From a virus (taxonomy: Duplodnaviria; Caudoviricetes), in the IMG/VR virus record IMGVR_UViG_3300017589_000262, positions 1 through 39,636 of that record: 39,636 nucleotides of DNA. One strand, written 5' to 3'. This document shows, one piece after another, positions 16,826 through 25,788 of this stretch. A program made the position numbers and the translations under genes. The notes under the pieces were generated by a model. The model did no database searches and was not told the DNA's origin. It saw nothing but the letters and a program-made list of their open reading frames with translations. Positions within the stretch are counted from its first letter, which is position 1, and each line of letters starts with the position of its first letter.

Positions 16826-17202
16826 CGCTTTCTGAATTGTGGGCCGCTATTACCCCCTGGATGCAGGTGCTCTCGGTTGTCGGAGCTATTGTGCAGTGCC
16901 TCGGCGTGTGGGCGCTCTGGAGCCTGACCAAGAAGTTTGTCACCCGCGAGGACTGCACCGCCTGCCGCGAAAAGCTGGAAGCACGCATCAAGACACAGGA
17001 GGACAGCGCGGGCGAGCTGCACCACGCCGTGGCCCAAGCCGCGCCCAAGGAAGCCCTGGCCAGCGTGGACAAGGCCGACGAGACGCTGAAAGGCGAGATC
17101 AAAGCGCTGGTGGCCACAATCCAAGGACTGAAGGACCAGCAGTATGGCCTGTCGCGGCAGGTTGGCCTGCTCATGCAACACCATCTTGGAGGGAACCGGT
17201 GA
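16822..17202 (+). CDS. DUF2730-like membrane-anchored coiled-coil protein (Mu gp25 position)
   Basis: N-terminal TM, KFVTRED motif, coiled coil; GAGGAGG RBS. Confidence 0.7.
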   Translation: MTLSELWAAITPWMQVLSVVGAIVQCLGVWALWSLTKKFVTREDCTACREKLEARIKTQEDSAGELHHAVAQAAPKEALASVDKADETLKGEIKALVATIQGLKDQQYGLSRQVGLLMQHHLGGNR

Positions 17203-17507
17203 ACAGCTTTGAACGCCTGTTGAACGAGGACCGCCGCCTGATGATTCTGCGCCTGTTGGCCCAGGACCCCGGCTACCGCGCCAACGTGTATGTGCTGCGC
17301 CCGGCGCTCGATGCCGTTGGCCACACGGTGAGCTTGGACAAGGTGGAGGCCGACCTGGCCTGGCTGGCAGAAATGGGCCTCGTCACGGTCGCCCAGGCTT
17401 CCGGCGTCACCGTGGGCACGCTCACCCAGCGCGGGGCGGACGTGGGGGCCGGGCGCGCTACCGTGCCCGGCGTGAAGCGGCCCGAGCCCAGCGGGCCGGA
17501 GGTTTAG
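17199..17507 (+). CDS. Mu gp26-like winged-helix protein
   Basis: EDRRLMILRLL...DLAWLAEMGLV...LTQRGADVGAG...PGVKRP. Confidence 0.85.
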   Translation: MNSFERLLNEDRRLMILRLLAQDPGYRANVYVLRPALDAVGHTVSLDKVEADLAWLAEMGLVTVAQASGVTVGTLTQRGADVGAGRATVPGVKRPEPSGPEV

Positions 17508-17510
17508 GCC

Positions 17511-18080
17511 ATGCCGCGCAAGTCCACCGTCCGCCGCCTGCCGCCAGAGATCCGCGAGCAGATCGGCGCGCTGCTCGAACAGGGCCGCACCTTGAGCGAG
17601 ATCACCGCGCACCTCACCCAGCTGGGCGCGGAGGTCTCCCGCTCGGCCCTGGGCCGGTACAAGCAACGTCTGGACAAGGTGGGGGAAAAGCTGCGCCGTT
17701 CGCGCGAGGTGGCCGAGGCGCTCATCGCCAAGCTGGGCAATGCCCCGGAATCCAAGGCCCTGCGCCTCAACGTGGAGCTGCTGCACGGCGTGCTTACGGA
17801 CTTGGCGTTGAACGCCAACGAAGAGAGCGAAGGCGGCGAAGCGGCCGAGGGCAAGGCAGTGACCTTAGATCCCATGGGGGCCATGCTGCTTTCCAAGGCC
17901 CTTGACCACCTTGCGCGGGCCAGTAAGGCCGATGCCGAGCTGGTGGGCAAGATCAGGGAACAGGCCGAAGCCGCCGCGCGTAAAGCAGCGGCGGAAACCG
18001 CCGTCACCGCCGCGCGCAAGGGCGGGCTCTCCGCTGAATCGGCGGACGCCATCCGCCGCGAAATTTTGGGGATCAAATGA
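17511..18080 (+). CDS. Terminase small subunit (DUF3486 / Mu gp27)
   Basis: MPRKSTVRRLP...SRSALGRY...GLSAE...IRREILGI. Confidence 0.88.
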   Translation: MPRKSTVRRLPPEIREQIGALLEQGRTLSEITAHLTQLGAEVSRSALGRYKQRLDKVGEKLRRSREVAEALIAKLGNAPESKALRLNVELLHGVLTDLALNANEESEGGEAAEGKAVTLDPMGAMLLSKALDHLARASKADAELVGKIREQAEAAARKAAAETAVTAARKGGLSAESADAIRREILGIK

Positions 18081-19552
18081 GCGCGCCCGCTGTCCTTTTG
18101 CCCTATCAGCAGGCCTGGGTCGCGGACCAATCGCCGGTCAAGGTGGGCGAAAAGAGCCGCCGCGTGGGCTTTTCCTGGGCCGAGGCCGGAGACGATGCCC
18201 TTACCGCCGGTTCCATGCCCGGCGCGGGTGGCATGGACTGCTGGTATGTGGGCTACAACCAGGACATGGCCAAGGAATTCATCCGCGACGTGGCGGACTG
18301 GGCGCGCCAGTACAACCTGGTGGCGGGTGAGGTGCAGGAGGAATACCTGAAGGACGAGGACAAGGACATCCTCACCTTTGTGGTGCGCTTCGCCTCCGGC
18401 TACCGGGTCACGGCGCTTTCCAGCCGCCCCAGCAACCTGCGCGGCAAACAGGGCGTGGTGGTCATCGACGAGGCCGCGTTCCACGACCAGTTGGACGAGC
18501 TGCTCAAGGCCGCCTTTGCGCTCCTCATCTGGGGCGGCAAGGTGCGCATCATAAGCACCCACAACGGCACGGACAACCCGTTCAACGAGCTGGTGCTTGA
18601 CGTGCGCGCCGGAAAGAAGCCCTACAGCCTGCACCGCGTGGAGTTCCGCGAGGCCGTGAACCAGGGCCTGTACAAGCGCATCTGCCTGGTGAGCGGCAAG
18701 ACATGGACCCAGGAGGCCGAGGACGCCTGGGTGCGCGAGCTGTACGAATTCTATGGCGAGTCCGCCTCGGAGGAGTTGGACGTCATTCCACGCGCGGGCG
18801 GCGGGGCCTGGCTGACGCGGGCGCTCATCGAATCCGCCATGCAAGAGGGTGTGCCGGTGTTCCGCCTGCACAAGCCGGACGAGTTCACCTTGCTTCCGGC
18901 GCAAATTCGCGAGGCTGAAACCCGCGATTGGTGCGAGGAATTCCTTGCCCCGGCCCTGGCCGCGCTGGACCCCACCCTGGACCACTTTTTGGGCGAGGAC
19001 TTCGCCCGCTCCGGCGACTTGACCGACCTGTGCCCGCTGGCCCAGGCGCAGAACCTGGACCTGCGCGTGCCCTTTGTTGTGGAGCTGCGCAACATGCCCT
19101 TCGAGCAGCAGCGGCAGATCGTTTTCTACATTCTGGACCGGCTGCCGCGCTTCCGGGCCGCCGCTTTCGATGCGCGCGGCAACGGCCAGTACCTGGCCGA
19201 GGTGGCCATGCAGCGCTACGGCCCCGGCCGCATAGCCCAGGTGATGCTTTCCGTGGAGTGGTACCGCGACAACATGCCCCCGCTCAAGGCCGCCCTGGAG
19301 GATAAGACGCTTTCCGGCCTGCCCAAGGACGCGGACATATTGGCCGACCTGCGTTCCGTGCGCATGGAAAAGGGCGTGGCCAAGGTGCCGGACAACGCCC
19401 GCGTGCGCGGAGCGGACGGACGCGACCGGCACGGCGACTTTGCCGTGGCCATCGCCATGGCGCACTTTGCCGTGCGGACCATGGAGCCCGTGGCCATCGA
19501 ATACGAATCCCTGAACCAGCCGCGCTTCACCACGCGCCTGGCCGACTACTAG
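18077..19552 (+). CDS. Terminase large subunit (Mu gp28-like)
   Basis: LLPYQ, EKSRRVGFSW, LRGKQG.VVIDEAAFH, nuclease DFARSGD, HGDFAVA. Confidence 0.93.
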   Translation: MSAPAVLLPYQQAWVADQSPVKVGEKSRRVGFSWAEAGDDALTAGSMPGAGGMDCWYVGYNQDMAKEFIRDVADWARQYNLVAGEVQEEYLKDEDKDILTFVVRFASGYRVTALSSRPSNLRGKQGVVVIDEAAFHDQLDELLKAAFALLIWGGKVRIISTHNGTDNPFNELVLDVRAGKKPYSLHRVEFREAVNQGLYKRICLVSGKTWTQEAEDAWVRELYEFYGESASEELDVIPRAGGGAWLTRALIESAMQEGVPVFRLHKPDEFTLLPAQIREAETRDWCEEFLAPALAALDPTLDHFLGEDFARSGDLTDLCPLAQAQNLDLRVPFVVELRNMPFEQQRQIVFYILDRLPRFRAAAFDARGNGQYLAEVAMQRYGPGRIAQVMLSVEWYRDNMPPLKAALEDKTLSGLPKDADILADLRSVRMEKGVAKVPDNARVRGADGRDRHGDFAVAIAMAHFAVRTMEPVAIEYESLNQPRFTTRLADY

Positions 19553-19564
19553 CCCGGAGGAACC

Positions 19565-21091
19565 ATGGCCACCCCCAAGAAGCCCAAAACGCCCGCCATG
19601 AAGGAGCTGCGGCAGGAGATCGCCACCGTTGACCGGGATATCCTGTTTCCGGCCTTCGACGGCATTCTGCGCAATCTGGACGACACCCTGCTGACGCGGG
19701 GCGGCGCGGAAGGGCTCAAGATTTACGACAATCTGGAGCGCGACGGCTCGGTCTACGGCTACCTGAGCAAGCGCAAGCTGGCCGTTACCGCACGGGCGTG
19801 GGAGGTTGTGCCCGGCGGGCCAGGGGCCAAGGAAAAGAAGGCCGCCGAAGTGGTGAAGGCCATGTTGGAGACCGTGGGCTTCGACCGGCTGTGCAAGAAC
19901 CTGATGGACGCCGTGCTGAAGGGCTTCGCCGTGGCCGAGATACTGTGGGAGACCGACGGCGCCACCTACTTTCCGCGCGAGATCAAGCCCAAGAACCAGC
20001 GCCGCTTCCACTTCGACACGGACGGGGCCTTGCGCCTGCTCACCCCGCAGGACATGTACCAGGGCGAGCCGGTGCCGGAGCGCAAATTCATCGTGCATAC
20101 CTTTGGCGACAAGGACGGCTCGCCCTACGGCCTGGGCCTGGGCTCCAGGCTCTTTTGGTACGTGCTGTTCAAGCGCGAGGACTTCCGCTCCTGGCTGCTC
20201 TTCCTGGACAAATTCGCCAGCCCCACGGCCGTGGGCAAATACCCGCCGGGCTCGGCCAAGACAGAACAGGATAAGCTGCTGGCCGCCCTGGGGGCCATTG
20301 CCCGCGATGCCGGGGTGGTCATTCCCGAAGGCATGGCCATTGAGCTGCTGGAGGCCAAGCGGTCCACCGCAGGCAGCCACGAGGCCTTTTGCCGCTACCT
20401 GGACGAGCAGATAGGGCTCATCATCCTGGGCGACGCGCCAGGCGCGAAGGACAGCGGCGGCGCGCTGGCCAGCGCGGCCATACTGCGCAACGAGGTGCGT
20501 TTGGAGCTGGTGGCGGACGATGCCGACCTGCTTTCGGCCACGCTGAACAAGACCTTGCTCACGTGGATCACGGAGCTGAACGTGCCGGGAGCCCTGCCCC
20601 CCACAGTGTGGCGAGACGTGAAGCCTGCGGAGGACCAGACCGCCCGGAGCCAGCGCGACAAGAACCTTGGCTCCCTGGGCTTCCGGCCAACCCTCAAGAC
20701 TGTGCAGGAGACCTACGGCGGCGAGTGGGAGCCTATTCCCGGCTTCGGCGCGGGCAAGGGCGGTCCCATCAGCGACACCCCAACGGCTTCCGACGGGGCG
20801 GACGCTTCGGCCTTTGCCGAGGGCGGCGACGCTGTCGAAAGCTACCCGGCCCAGCTGGCGCTTGATGACGCGGCGGACAACCTGCCTGCCGATGAACTGG
20901 ACGCGGCCATGCGCGCTCTCATCAAGCCCGTGGTGGCCATGCTGGCCCAGGGCGGCAGCCCAGAGGACGCCATGACCAGGCTTGCGGAGATCTACCCGGA
21001 CCTGGACGCCACCAGCCTGGCCACCCAGCTGGCCCGCGCCATGTTCGTGGCCCAGGTTTGGGGCAGGCTTTCCGCCGAAAGCGAAGGCTAG
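19565..21091 (+). CDS. Portal protein (DUF935 / Mu gp29)
   Basis: MDAVLKGFAVAEILW, PYGLGL, FLDKFASP..VGKY, IPEGMAIELLEA. Confidence 0.92.
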   Translation: MATPKKPKTPAMKELRQEIATVDRDILFPAFDGILRNLDDTLLTRGGAEGLKIYDNLERDGSVYGYLSKRKLAVTARAWEVVPGGPGAKEKKAAEVVKAMLETVGFDRLCKNLMDAVLKGFAVAEILWETDGATYFPREIKPKNQRRFHFDTDGALRLLTPQDMYQGEPVPERKFIVHTFGDKDGSPYGLGLGSRLFWYVLFKREDFRSWLLFLDKFASPTAVGKYPPGSAKTEQDKLLAALGAIARDAGVVIPEGMAIELLEAKRSTAGSHEAFCRYLDEQIGLIILGDAPGAKDSGGALASAAILRNEVRLELVADDADLLSATLNKTLLTWITELNVPGALPPTVWRDVKPAEDQTARSQRDKNLGSLGFRPTLKTVQETYGGEWEPIPGFGAGKGGPISDTPTASDGADASAFAEGGDAVESYPAQLALDDAADNLPADELDAAMRALIKPVVAMLAQGGSPEDAMTRLAEIYPDLDATSLATQLARAMFVAQVWGRLSAESEG

Positions 21092-21094
21092 CCC

Positions 21095-22345
21095 ATGCTT
21101 GAAATGCCGGACCTTTCTTACGCCCTGGGCCTGCCGCCGGAGCGGGCCATCAAGTATTTTGAGGCCAAGGGCTACGCCTTCTCGTGGGACTGGCGCGAGG
21201 TATGGCAAGAGGCCCACGCCAAGGCCTTCACCGTGGCTGGCGTTATGAAAATGGACGTGCTGACGGACATTCGCGCGGGCGTTGAACAGGCGTTGATAGA
21301 AGGGAAAACGCTCTCCCAATTCGAACGCGAGCTTGAGCCGCTGCTGAAAAAGCGCGGTTGGCTGGGCAAGGGCGAAGTGCGCAACGCCCTGACCGGCGAG
21401 GTGGAGGGCCGCCGCCTGGCCCCGAACCGCCTGGCCACCATCTACCGTACCAACATGCAGAGCAGCTACATGGCCGGGCGCTACCAGCGCTTTGTGGAGA
21501 ACGCGGCGGCCCGGCCCTTTTGGGAATACGTGGCCGTCATGGACAACCACACCCGGCCGGAGCACGCGGCCTTGAACGGCCTGGTCTTTCCGGCGGGCGA
21601 TTCTTTCTGGAATTCGTACTGGCCGCCCAATGGCTGGCGCTGCCGTTGCCGCGTCATCGCCCTCACGCATGGCGAGGCCCACGCCGAGGGCCGCACCGTG
21701 CAGGACTCCGAAGGGCACATGTCCGAAAAGGAGGTGCCCACGGGCAAAGCCCGGCCTGGCCAGCCCGCGCTCAAGGCCAAGGTGGCCACCTTCGAGCTGC
21801 GGCCCGGCCTGTCCATCTCGCCGGACCCCGGATTCAGCTACAACCCCGGTAAGGCCGCCTGGCCGGAGCTGCAAGACGTGCTGGCCAGGAAAATGGAGGC
21901 TGCCCCCCAGGCCTTTGCCTCCCAGATCGCGCGCGAGCAGGCCCTGGGCCCAGGCTTCAAGGCGTTCCACGCCAAGCCGCAAGGCGATTGGCCTATAGCC
22001 AAACTGCCGCCCGAGGACGCCAAGGCCATAGGCTCGCGCACGGCAACGGTGTTGCTCTCTGCGGACACCATGAAAAAGCAGCTGCGGGAGCATGCGGAGC
22101 TTGCGCCGGAGGAATACGAAAAAGCTCAGGTGGCCATCGACGCGGGGAGCAAGGTGCAGGATTCGCCGACCTCCTTGGTTTACATCCTGGAGGAAACGGG
22201 CAAAGGCGCGGGCGGTTACGTGACCGTGGTCAAGGCCACGCACACGGGCAAGGCAGCATTTTTGACAAGCCTGCGGCGGCTCTCGCGTGACGAGGTGAAG
22301 CGGGACATGGAGATACAGCGGCTGCTGAAGAAGAGCGGAAAATGA
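21095..22345 (+). CDS. MuF (gp30) head morphogenesis protein with C-terminal BECR/PBECR2-like nuclease extension
   Basis: AFTVAG, YRTNMQSSY.AGR, D.HTRPEH, PPNGWRCRC, PDPGFSYNPG; about 130 extra C-terminal residues with QLREH..L...EY...VVKAT...FLTSLRR. Confidence 0.85.
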   Translation: MLEMPDLSYALGLPPERAIKYFEAKGYAFSWDWREVWQEAHAKAFTVAGVMKMDVLTDIRAGVEQALIEGKTLSQFERELEPLLKKRGWLGKGEVRNALTGEVEGRRLAPNRLATIYRTNMQSSYMAGRYQRFVENAAARPFWEYVAVMDNHTRPEHAALNGLVFPAGDSFWNSYWPPNGWRCRCRVIALTHGEAHAEGRTVQDSEGHMSEKEVPTGKARPGQPALKAKVATFELRPGLSISPDPGFSYNPGKAAWPELQDVLARKMEAAPQAFASQIAREQALGPGFKAFHAKPQGDWPIAKLPPEDAKAIGSRTATVLLSADTMKKQLREHAELAPEEYEKAQVAIDAGSKVQDSPTSLVYILEETGKGAGGYVTVVKATHTGKAAFLTSLRRLSRDEVKRDMEIQRLLKKSGK

Positions 22346-22346
22346 C

Positions 22347-22493
22347 GAAGGCTGCCTTATCCTTTCGGAGTAATGCAGCCTTCAACATGGCGGGTGGTGG
22401 GGCCTCCCTCCGCTTGCGCGGCAACCCCACATGGCGCTCCGTGGGCAAATCCACGTGCTACGGCCGGGAGTATGTCACCGTGTCGCACCCGTT
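22347..22493 (+). ncRNA. Candidate structured RNA downstream of MuF
   Basis: Hairpin GAAGGCTGC/GCAGCCTTC, then a multi-stem domain closed by CGGGTG/CACCCG with a CTCCC/GGGAG pseudoknot; no credible ORF. Confidence 0.55.
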
Positions 22494-22528
22494 AATTGGC
22501 ATATAGGACTGACCACAAAGGAAGTCAA

Positions 22529-23041
22529 ATGTTCCAGCTAAAAATTGACTCGGCCCGTGCCGCCCACGCGCTGGAGATGCTGCGCGTTTCCTGCCTGGAC
22601 GCCTCCCCGGCCATGCGGGCCATTGCGGGAGACATGGAGCGCGCCGTGGAGAAGAACTTCGCCAGCCAGGGCCGCCCGGCCTGGCTTGGCCTTGCGCCGG
22701 GGACCATCGCCTCGCGCATCAGGAGCGGCACCTGGCCTGGCAAGATTCTCTGGCGCTCTGGCCAGCTGGCCAGCAGCATCGAGATACGCTCCGACGCCAC
22801 CAGCGCCACCGTGGGCACCAACCTGGCGTATGCGGCCATTCAGCAGCTTGGCGGCCGCACCCGCGCGCACACCATTACCGCGCGCAAGGGCAAGGCCTTG
22901 GCCTTCGGCGGCATCTTCCGGCGTTCGGTCCACCACCCAGGCTCCAACATCCCGGCCAGGCCTTTCCTGGCGCTGGACGTGAGCGACGAGCGGGAAATCC
23001 AAAACACCGTGCTTTTGTTCCTCCAGGGGCGGTTCGAGTAG
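22529..23041 (+). CDS. Virion morphogenesis protein (Mu gpG family)
   Basis: NFASQGRP.W, IL..SGQLASSI, VGTNLAYAAIQQLGG, IPARPFL. Confidence 0.9.
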   Translation: MFQLKIDSARAAHALEMLRVSCLDASPAMRAIAGDMERAVEKNFASQGRPAWLGLAPGTIASRIRSGTWPGKILWRSGQLASSIEIRSDATSATVGTNLAYAAIQQLGGRTRAHTITARKGKALAFGGIFRRSVHHPGSNIPARPFLALDVSDEREIQNTVLLFLQGRFE

Positions 23042-23253
23042 AACAGGCACGAGAGAGTTTAGAGGAGTTTCCTGGCACGTTGACCGCCGGAATCCATTAA
23101 ACAACGGATTAAACGCCTCTGACGCGTTTCTATGGCCCTCCACGCGTCCGACCTCGTCTTAACTGAGCAGGGCTTGCAATCCCTTCCCGTTTCGGCATAG
23201 GGTCGCGGCACCCCTCCCCCGACCAAAAATCCCCGAAGAATCTTACTGCCCCG

Positions 23254-23296
23254 GACATTTGTCCGCGTTATGCCGCGTCTTGGTTTCAGCCATGAT
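23254..23296 (+). promoter_or_regulatory. Candidate activator-dependent late promoter for the head operon (Mu PI position)
   Basis: GACATTTGTCCGCGTTA at 23254-23270; -10-like CATGAT at 23291, same offset as at the lysis promoter. Confidence 0.7.
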
Positions 23297-23302
23297 GCGG
23301 CC

Positions 23303-24481
23303 ATGAAGACACCCGCACCCATCCACATCTTCCGGCCCGGCACGCACACGGACGTCAGCGGCAAGACCCTGGCCTTCGGCGAGACCGAGCTGGAAGCGTC
23401 GGCAAAGGCCTACGACCCGGCCCTGTTTGAGGCTCCCCTCGTGGTGGGGCATCCGCAGCTCGACGCCCCGGCCTATGGCTGGGTCGAATCCCTCGATTTC
23501 TCCCAGGACGGCCTGACCGCCGAGCCTCGCCAGGTGGACCCCGCGTTCGCCGAGCTGGTGCGCGCTGGCCGCTACAAAAAAATCTCCGCCTCGTTCTACC
23601 AGCCCAACTCGCCCGCCAACCCCGTGCCCGGCGTTTTCTACTTGCGCCACGTGGGGTTCCTGGGGGCCGCCGCTCCTGCGGTGAAGGGCCTCAAATCCGT
23701 GGCCTTTGCCCAGGCCGAGGAGGGCGTGGTGGAATTTTCAGAGGACGCCTGGGCGGAACGGCAGAACGCCAGCCTGTGGCGCGGCCTGCGCGAATGGCTC
23801 TTGGCCAAGTTCGGCCAGGAAGAGGCGGACAAGGCCGTGCCCGGCTACTCGGTGGAGACTGTGGAGGACGCGGCCCGCAAGGAGCTGCTGGAGACCCAGG
23901 ACAAGCCCGCGTTCGCCGAGGGCGCGGCCAACCCAAACTTTGTGCCCAACCAACAGGAGGACGCAGTGGACCAGAAGGAAAAAGAGGCCCTCGCGGCCGA
24001 ACGCGCGAAGCTCGCGGAAGAGCGCGCCGCGCTGGACAAAGAGAAGGCGGATTTCGCCGAGCTCGAAGCCAATCTCAAGGAAACCGAGGCGGGCCGCATC
24101 CATGAAGGGCACGTGGCCTTTGCCGAGAGCCTGGTGAAGGAAGGCAAGCTCCTGCCTGCGAACAAGGAGGCCACGGTGGGGCTGCTCGACAGCCTGGCTG
24201 TGGCAGATGCCGTGGTGGAGTTCGCCGAAGAAAGCGGGACCAAGACCAGCAAGAGCGCGCTCCAGACCGTGAAGGACATGCTGACCGCCAGCCCCAAGCT
24301 GGTGAGCTTCGGCGAACTCGCAACGGGCGACCTGGACGGGGGCAGCGTCAGCTTCGCCGCACCTCAGGGCTACACCGCCGACCCCGAGCGGCTGGAACTG
24401 CACGGCAAAGCCCTGTCCTACCAGGCCGCACACCCCGGAACCGACTACAGCGCGGCCCTGGCGGCCGTGGGAGGCAATTAA
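23303..24481 (+). CDS. Prohead protease/scaffold (Mu gpI-like)
   Basis: IHIFRPGTH, APLVVGHP..DAPAYGWV, YKKISASFY, YLRHVGFLGA..PAVKGL. Confidence 0.9.
   Translation: MKTPAPIHIFRPGTHTDVSGKTLAFGETELEASAKAYDPALFEAPLVVGHPQLDAPAYGWVESLDFSQDGLTAEPRQVDPAFAELVRAGRYKKISASFYQPNSPANPVPGVFYLRHVGFLGAAAPAVKGLKSVAFAQAEEGVVEFSEDAWAERQNASLWRGLREWLLAKFGQEEADKAVPGYSVETVEDAARKELLETQDKPAFAEGAANPNFVPNQQEDAVDQKEKEALAAERAKLAEERAALDKEKADFAELEANLKETEAGRIHEGHVAFAESLVKEGKLLPANKEATVGLLDSLAVADAVVEFAEESGTKTSKSALQTVKDMLTASPKLVSFGELATGDLDGGSVSFAAPQGYTADPERLELHGKALSYQAAHPGTDYSAALAAVGGN
23966..24481 (+). CDS. Scaffolding protein (Mu gpZ-like) from an internal in-frame start
   Basis: AGGAGG at 23955-23960 before in-frame GTG 23966, followed by a coiled coil. 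Confidence 0.6.
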   Translation: MDQKEKEALAAERAKLAEERAALDKEKADFAELEANLKETEAGRIHEGHVAFAESLVKEGKLLPANKEATVGLLDSLAVADAVVEFAEESGTKTSKSALQTVKDMLTASPKLVSFGELATGDLDGGSVSFAAPQGYTADPERLELHGKALSYQAAHPGTDYSAALAAVGGN

Positions 24482-24820
24482 ATGGGCAAGCAGTGCACCA
24501 CCCTCATGGCCCTGCCGCTGAAAGCCGCTGGGGCCGTCAATGAATACCGCTTCGTCACCGCCACCGGCGCGCAGGCCGGGGCCGGGGCCAACACCCTGGG
24601 CGCGTCGGAGTACGCCGCCGCAAACGGCGAGCCGTTGAGCGTCGCCTATCTTGGCACGGCCATTGTCGAGGCCGGGGCCGCCATCGCCGCCGGGGCTGCC
24701 GTCCAGTCCGATGCCTCCGGCCGCGCCGTCACCAAGGACGCCGGGGCCACCGTGGCCCGCACGCTTGAGGCAGCAGCGGCGGCGGGCGACTTCATCGAAG
24801 TGGCCCTTATCCCCAACTAA
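24482..24820 (+). CDS. Capsid cement/decoration protein (DUF2190-like)
   Basis: Ala/Gly-rich VEAGAAIAAGAAVQSDASGRAV...GDFIEV; between protease and capsid. Confidence 0.8.
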   Translation: MGKQCTTLMALPLKAAGAVNEYRFVTATGAQAGAGANTLGASEYAAANGEPLSVAYLGTAIVEAGAAIAAGAAVQSDASGRAVTKDAGATVARTLEAAAAAGDFIEVALIPN

Positions 24821-24850
24821 TGGGCCGGAAGGCCAAGGAGTAGCGCAGAG

Positions 24851-25774
24851 ATGATGAATTCCACCCAGGCGAGGGTCATCGACCCCATTTTGACCACCGT
24901 GGTCCAGGGTTATAAAAACGCCGATTTCGTCGGCGCCGCCCTGTTCCCGCGCGTGCCGGTCACCGTTTCCGGCGGCAAGATCATCGAGTTCGGCAAGGAG
25001 CACTTCCTGGCCTACAACACCCAGCGCGCGCCCGGCGGCGCAACCAAGCGCATCACCTTCGGCTATCAGGGCAAGCCTTACGCCGTAGAGAACCACGCAC
25101 TGGAGGCCCCGGTGCCGCGCGAGTACATGCGCGACGCGGCCAAAGTGCCGGGCATCAATCTGGGCACCCGCGCGGTGAACATGGTTATGCGCTCCGAAGG
25201 CCTGGCCCTGGAAATCCAGCAGGCCCAGCTCGCCACCAATGCCAGCCAGTACGGCGCGAACAACAAGCTCACCCTCTCCGGCACGGACAAATTCAGCGAC
25301 AGCTCCTCGGACATCGAGGGCACCTTCGACGACGCCAAGGAAGCCGTACGCACCGCCTGCGGCATGTATCCCAACGTGGCGCTCTTTGGTCCCAAGGCCT
25401 TTCGCGCCACCAAACGCCACGCCAAGGTGAAAGAGCAGTTCAAGTATGTGTCCGACAAGTCCGTCACCACGGAAATGCTGGGCGAGTTCCTGGAGATCGA
25501 AAAGGTGGTGGTGGGCAAGGCCGTGCAGGCCTCGGACGCCGGGGCCATGAGCGACGTGTGGGGCAACTGCATCGTGCTGGCCTATGTGCCGCCCGCACCC
25601 TCCCAGGCGGAGGAGCCGAGCTACGGCTACACCTACACCCTGGAGGGCCACCCCATGGTGGAGGCCCCCTATTGGGACAGCACCCACAAGAGCTGGATCT
25701 ACGGCGTCACCGACGAGCGCGTGCCCGTGCTCTCCGGCATCGCCTCCGGCTTCCTCATCATCAACCCGTACTAA
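24851..25774 (+). CDS. Major capsid protein
   Basis: IDPILTTVVQGY.N..FVG..LFPRVPV, EPSYGYTY.LEG.P; position in head operon. Confidence 0.88.
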   Translation: MMNSTQARVIDPILTTVVQGYKNADFVGAALFPRVPVTVSGGKIIEFGKEHFLAYNTQRAPGGATKRITFGYQGKPYAVENHALEAPVPREYMRDAAKVPGINLGTRAVNMVMRSEGLALEIQQAQLATNASQYGANNKLTLSGTDKFSDSSSDIEGTFDDAKEAVRTACGMYPNVALFGPKAFRATKRHAKVKEQFKYVSDKSVTTEMLGEFLEIEKVVVGKAVQASDAGAMSDVWGNCIVLAYVPPAPSQAEEPSYGYTYTLEGHPMVEAPYWDSTHKSWIYGVTDERVPVLSGIASGFLIINPY

Positions 25775-25788
25775 GAGGCGGCGGAACC

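Noticed and set aside
17504-22243. 1579-aa minus-strand ORF
   Set aside because: It is the antisense shadow of terminase, portal and MuF in GC-rich, codon-biased DNA, with no recognisable motifs.
22230-22454. 74-aa minus-strand ORF as the MuF immunity gene
   Set aside because: Wrong strand, overlaps the MuF 3' end, and no convincing RBS or protein-like composition.
23738-25687. 649-aa minus-strand ORF and similar long antisense ORFs (5782-6939, 9010-10302, 27072-28367, 28809-30032, 32837-33991)
   Set aside because: All overlap well-supported plus-strand phage genes and read as typical shadow frames.
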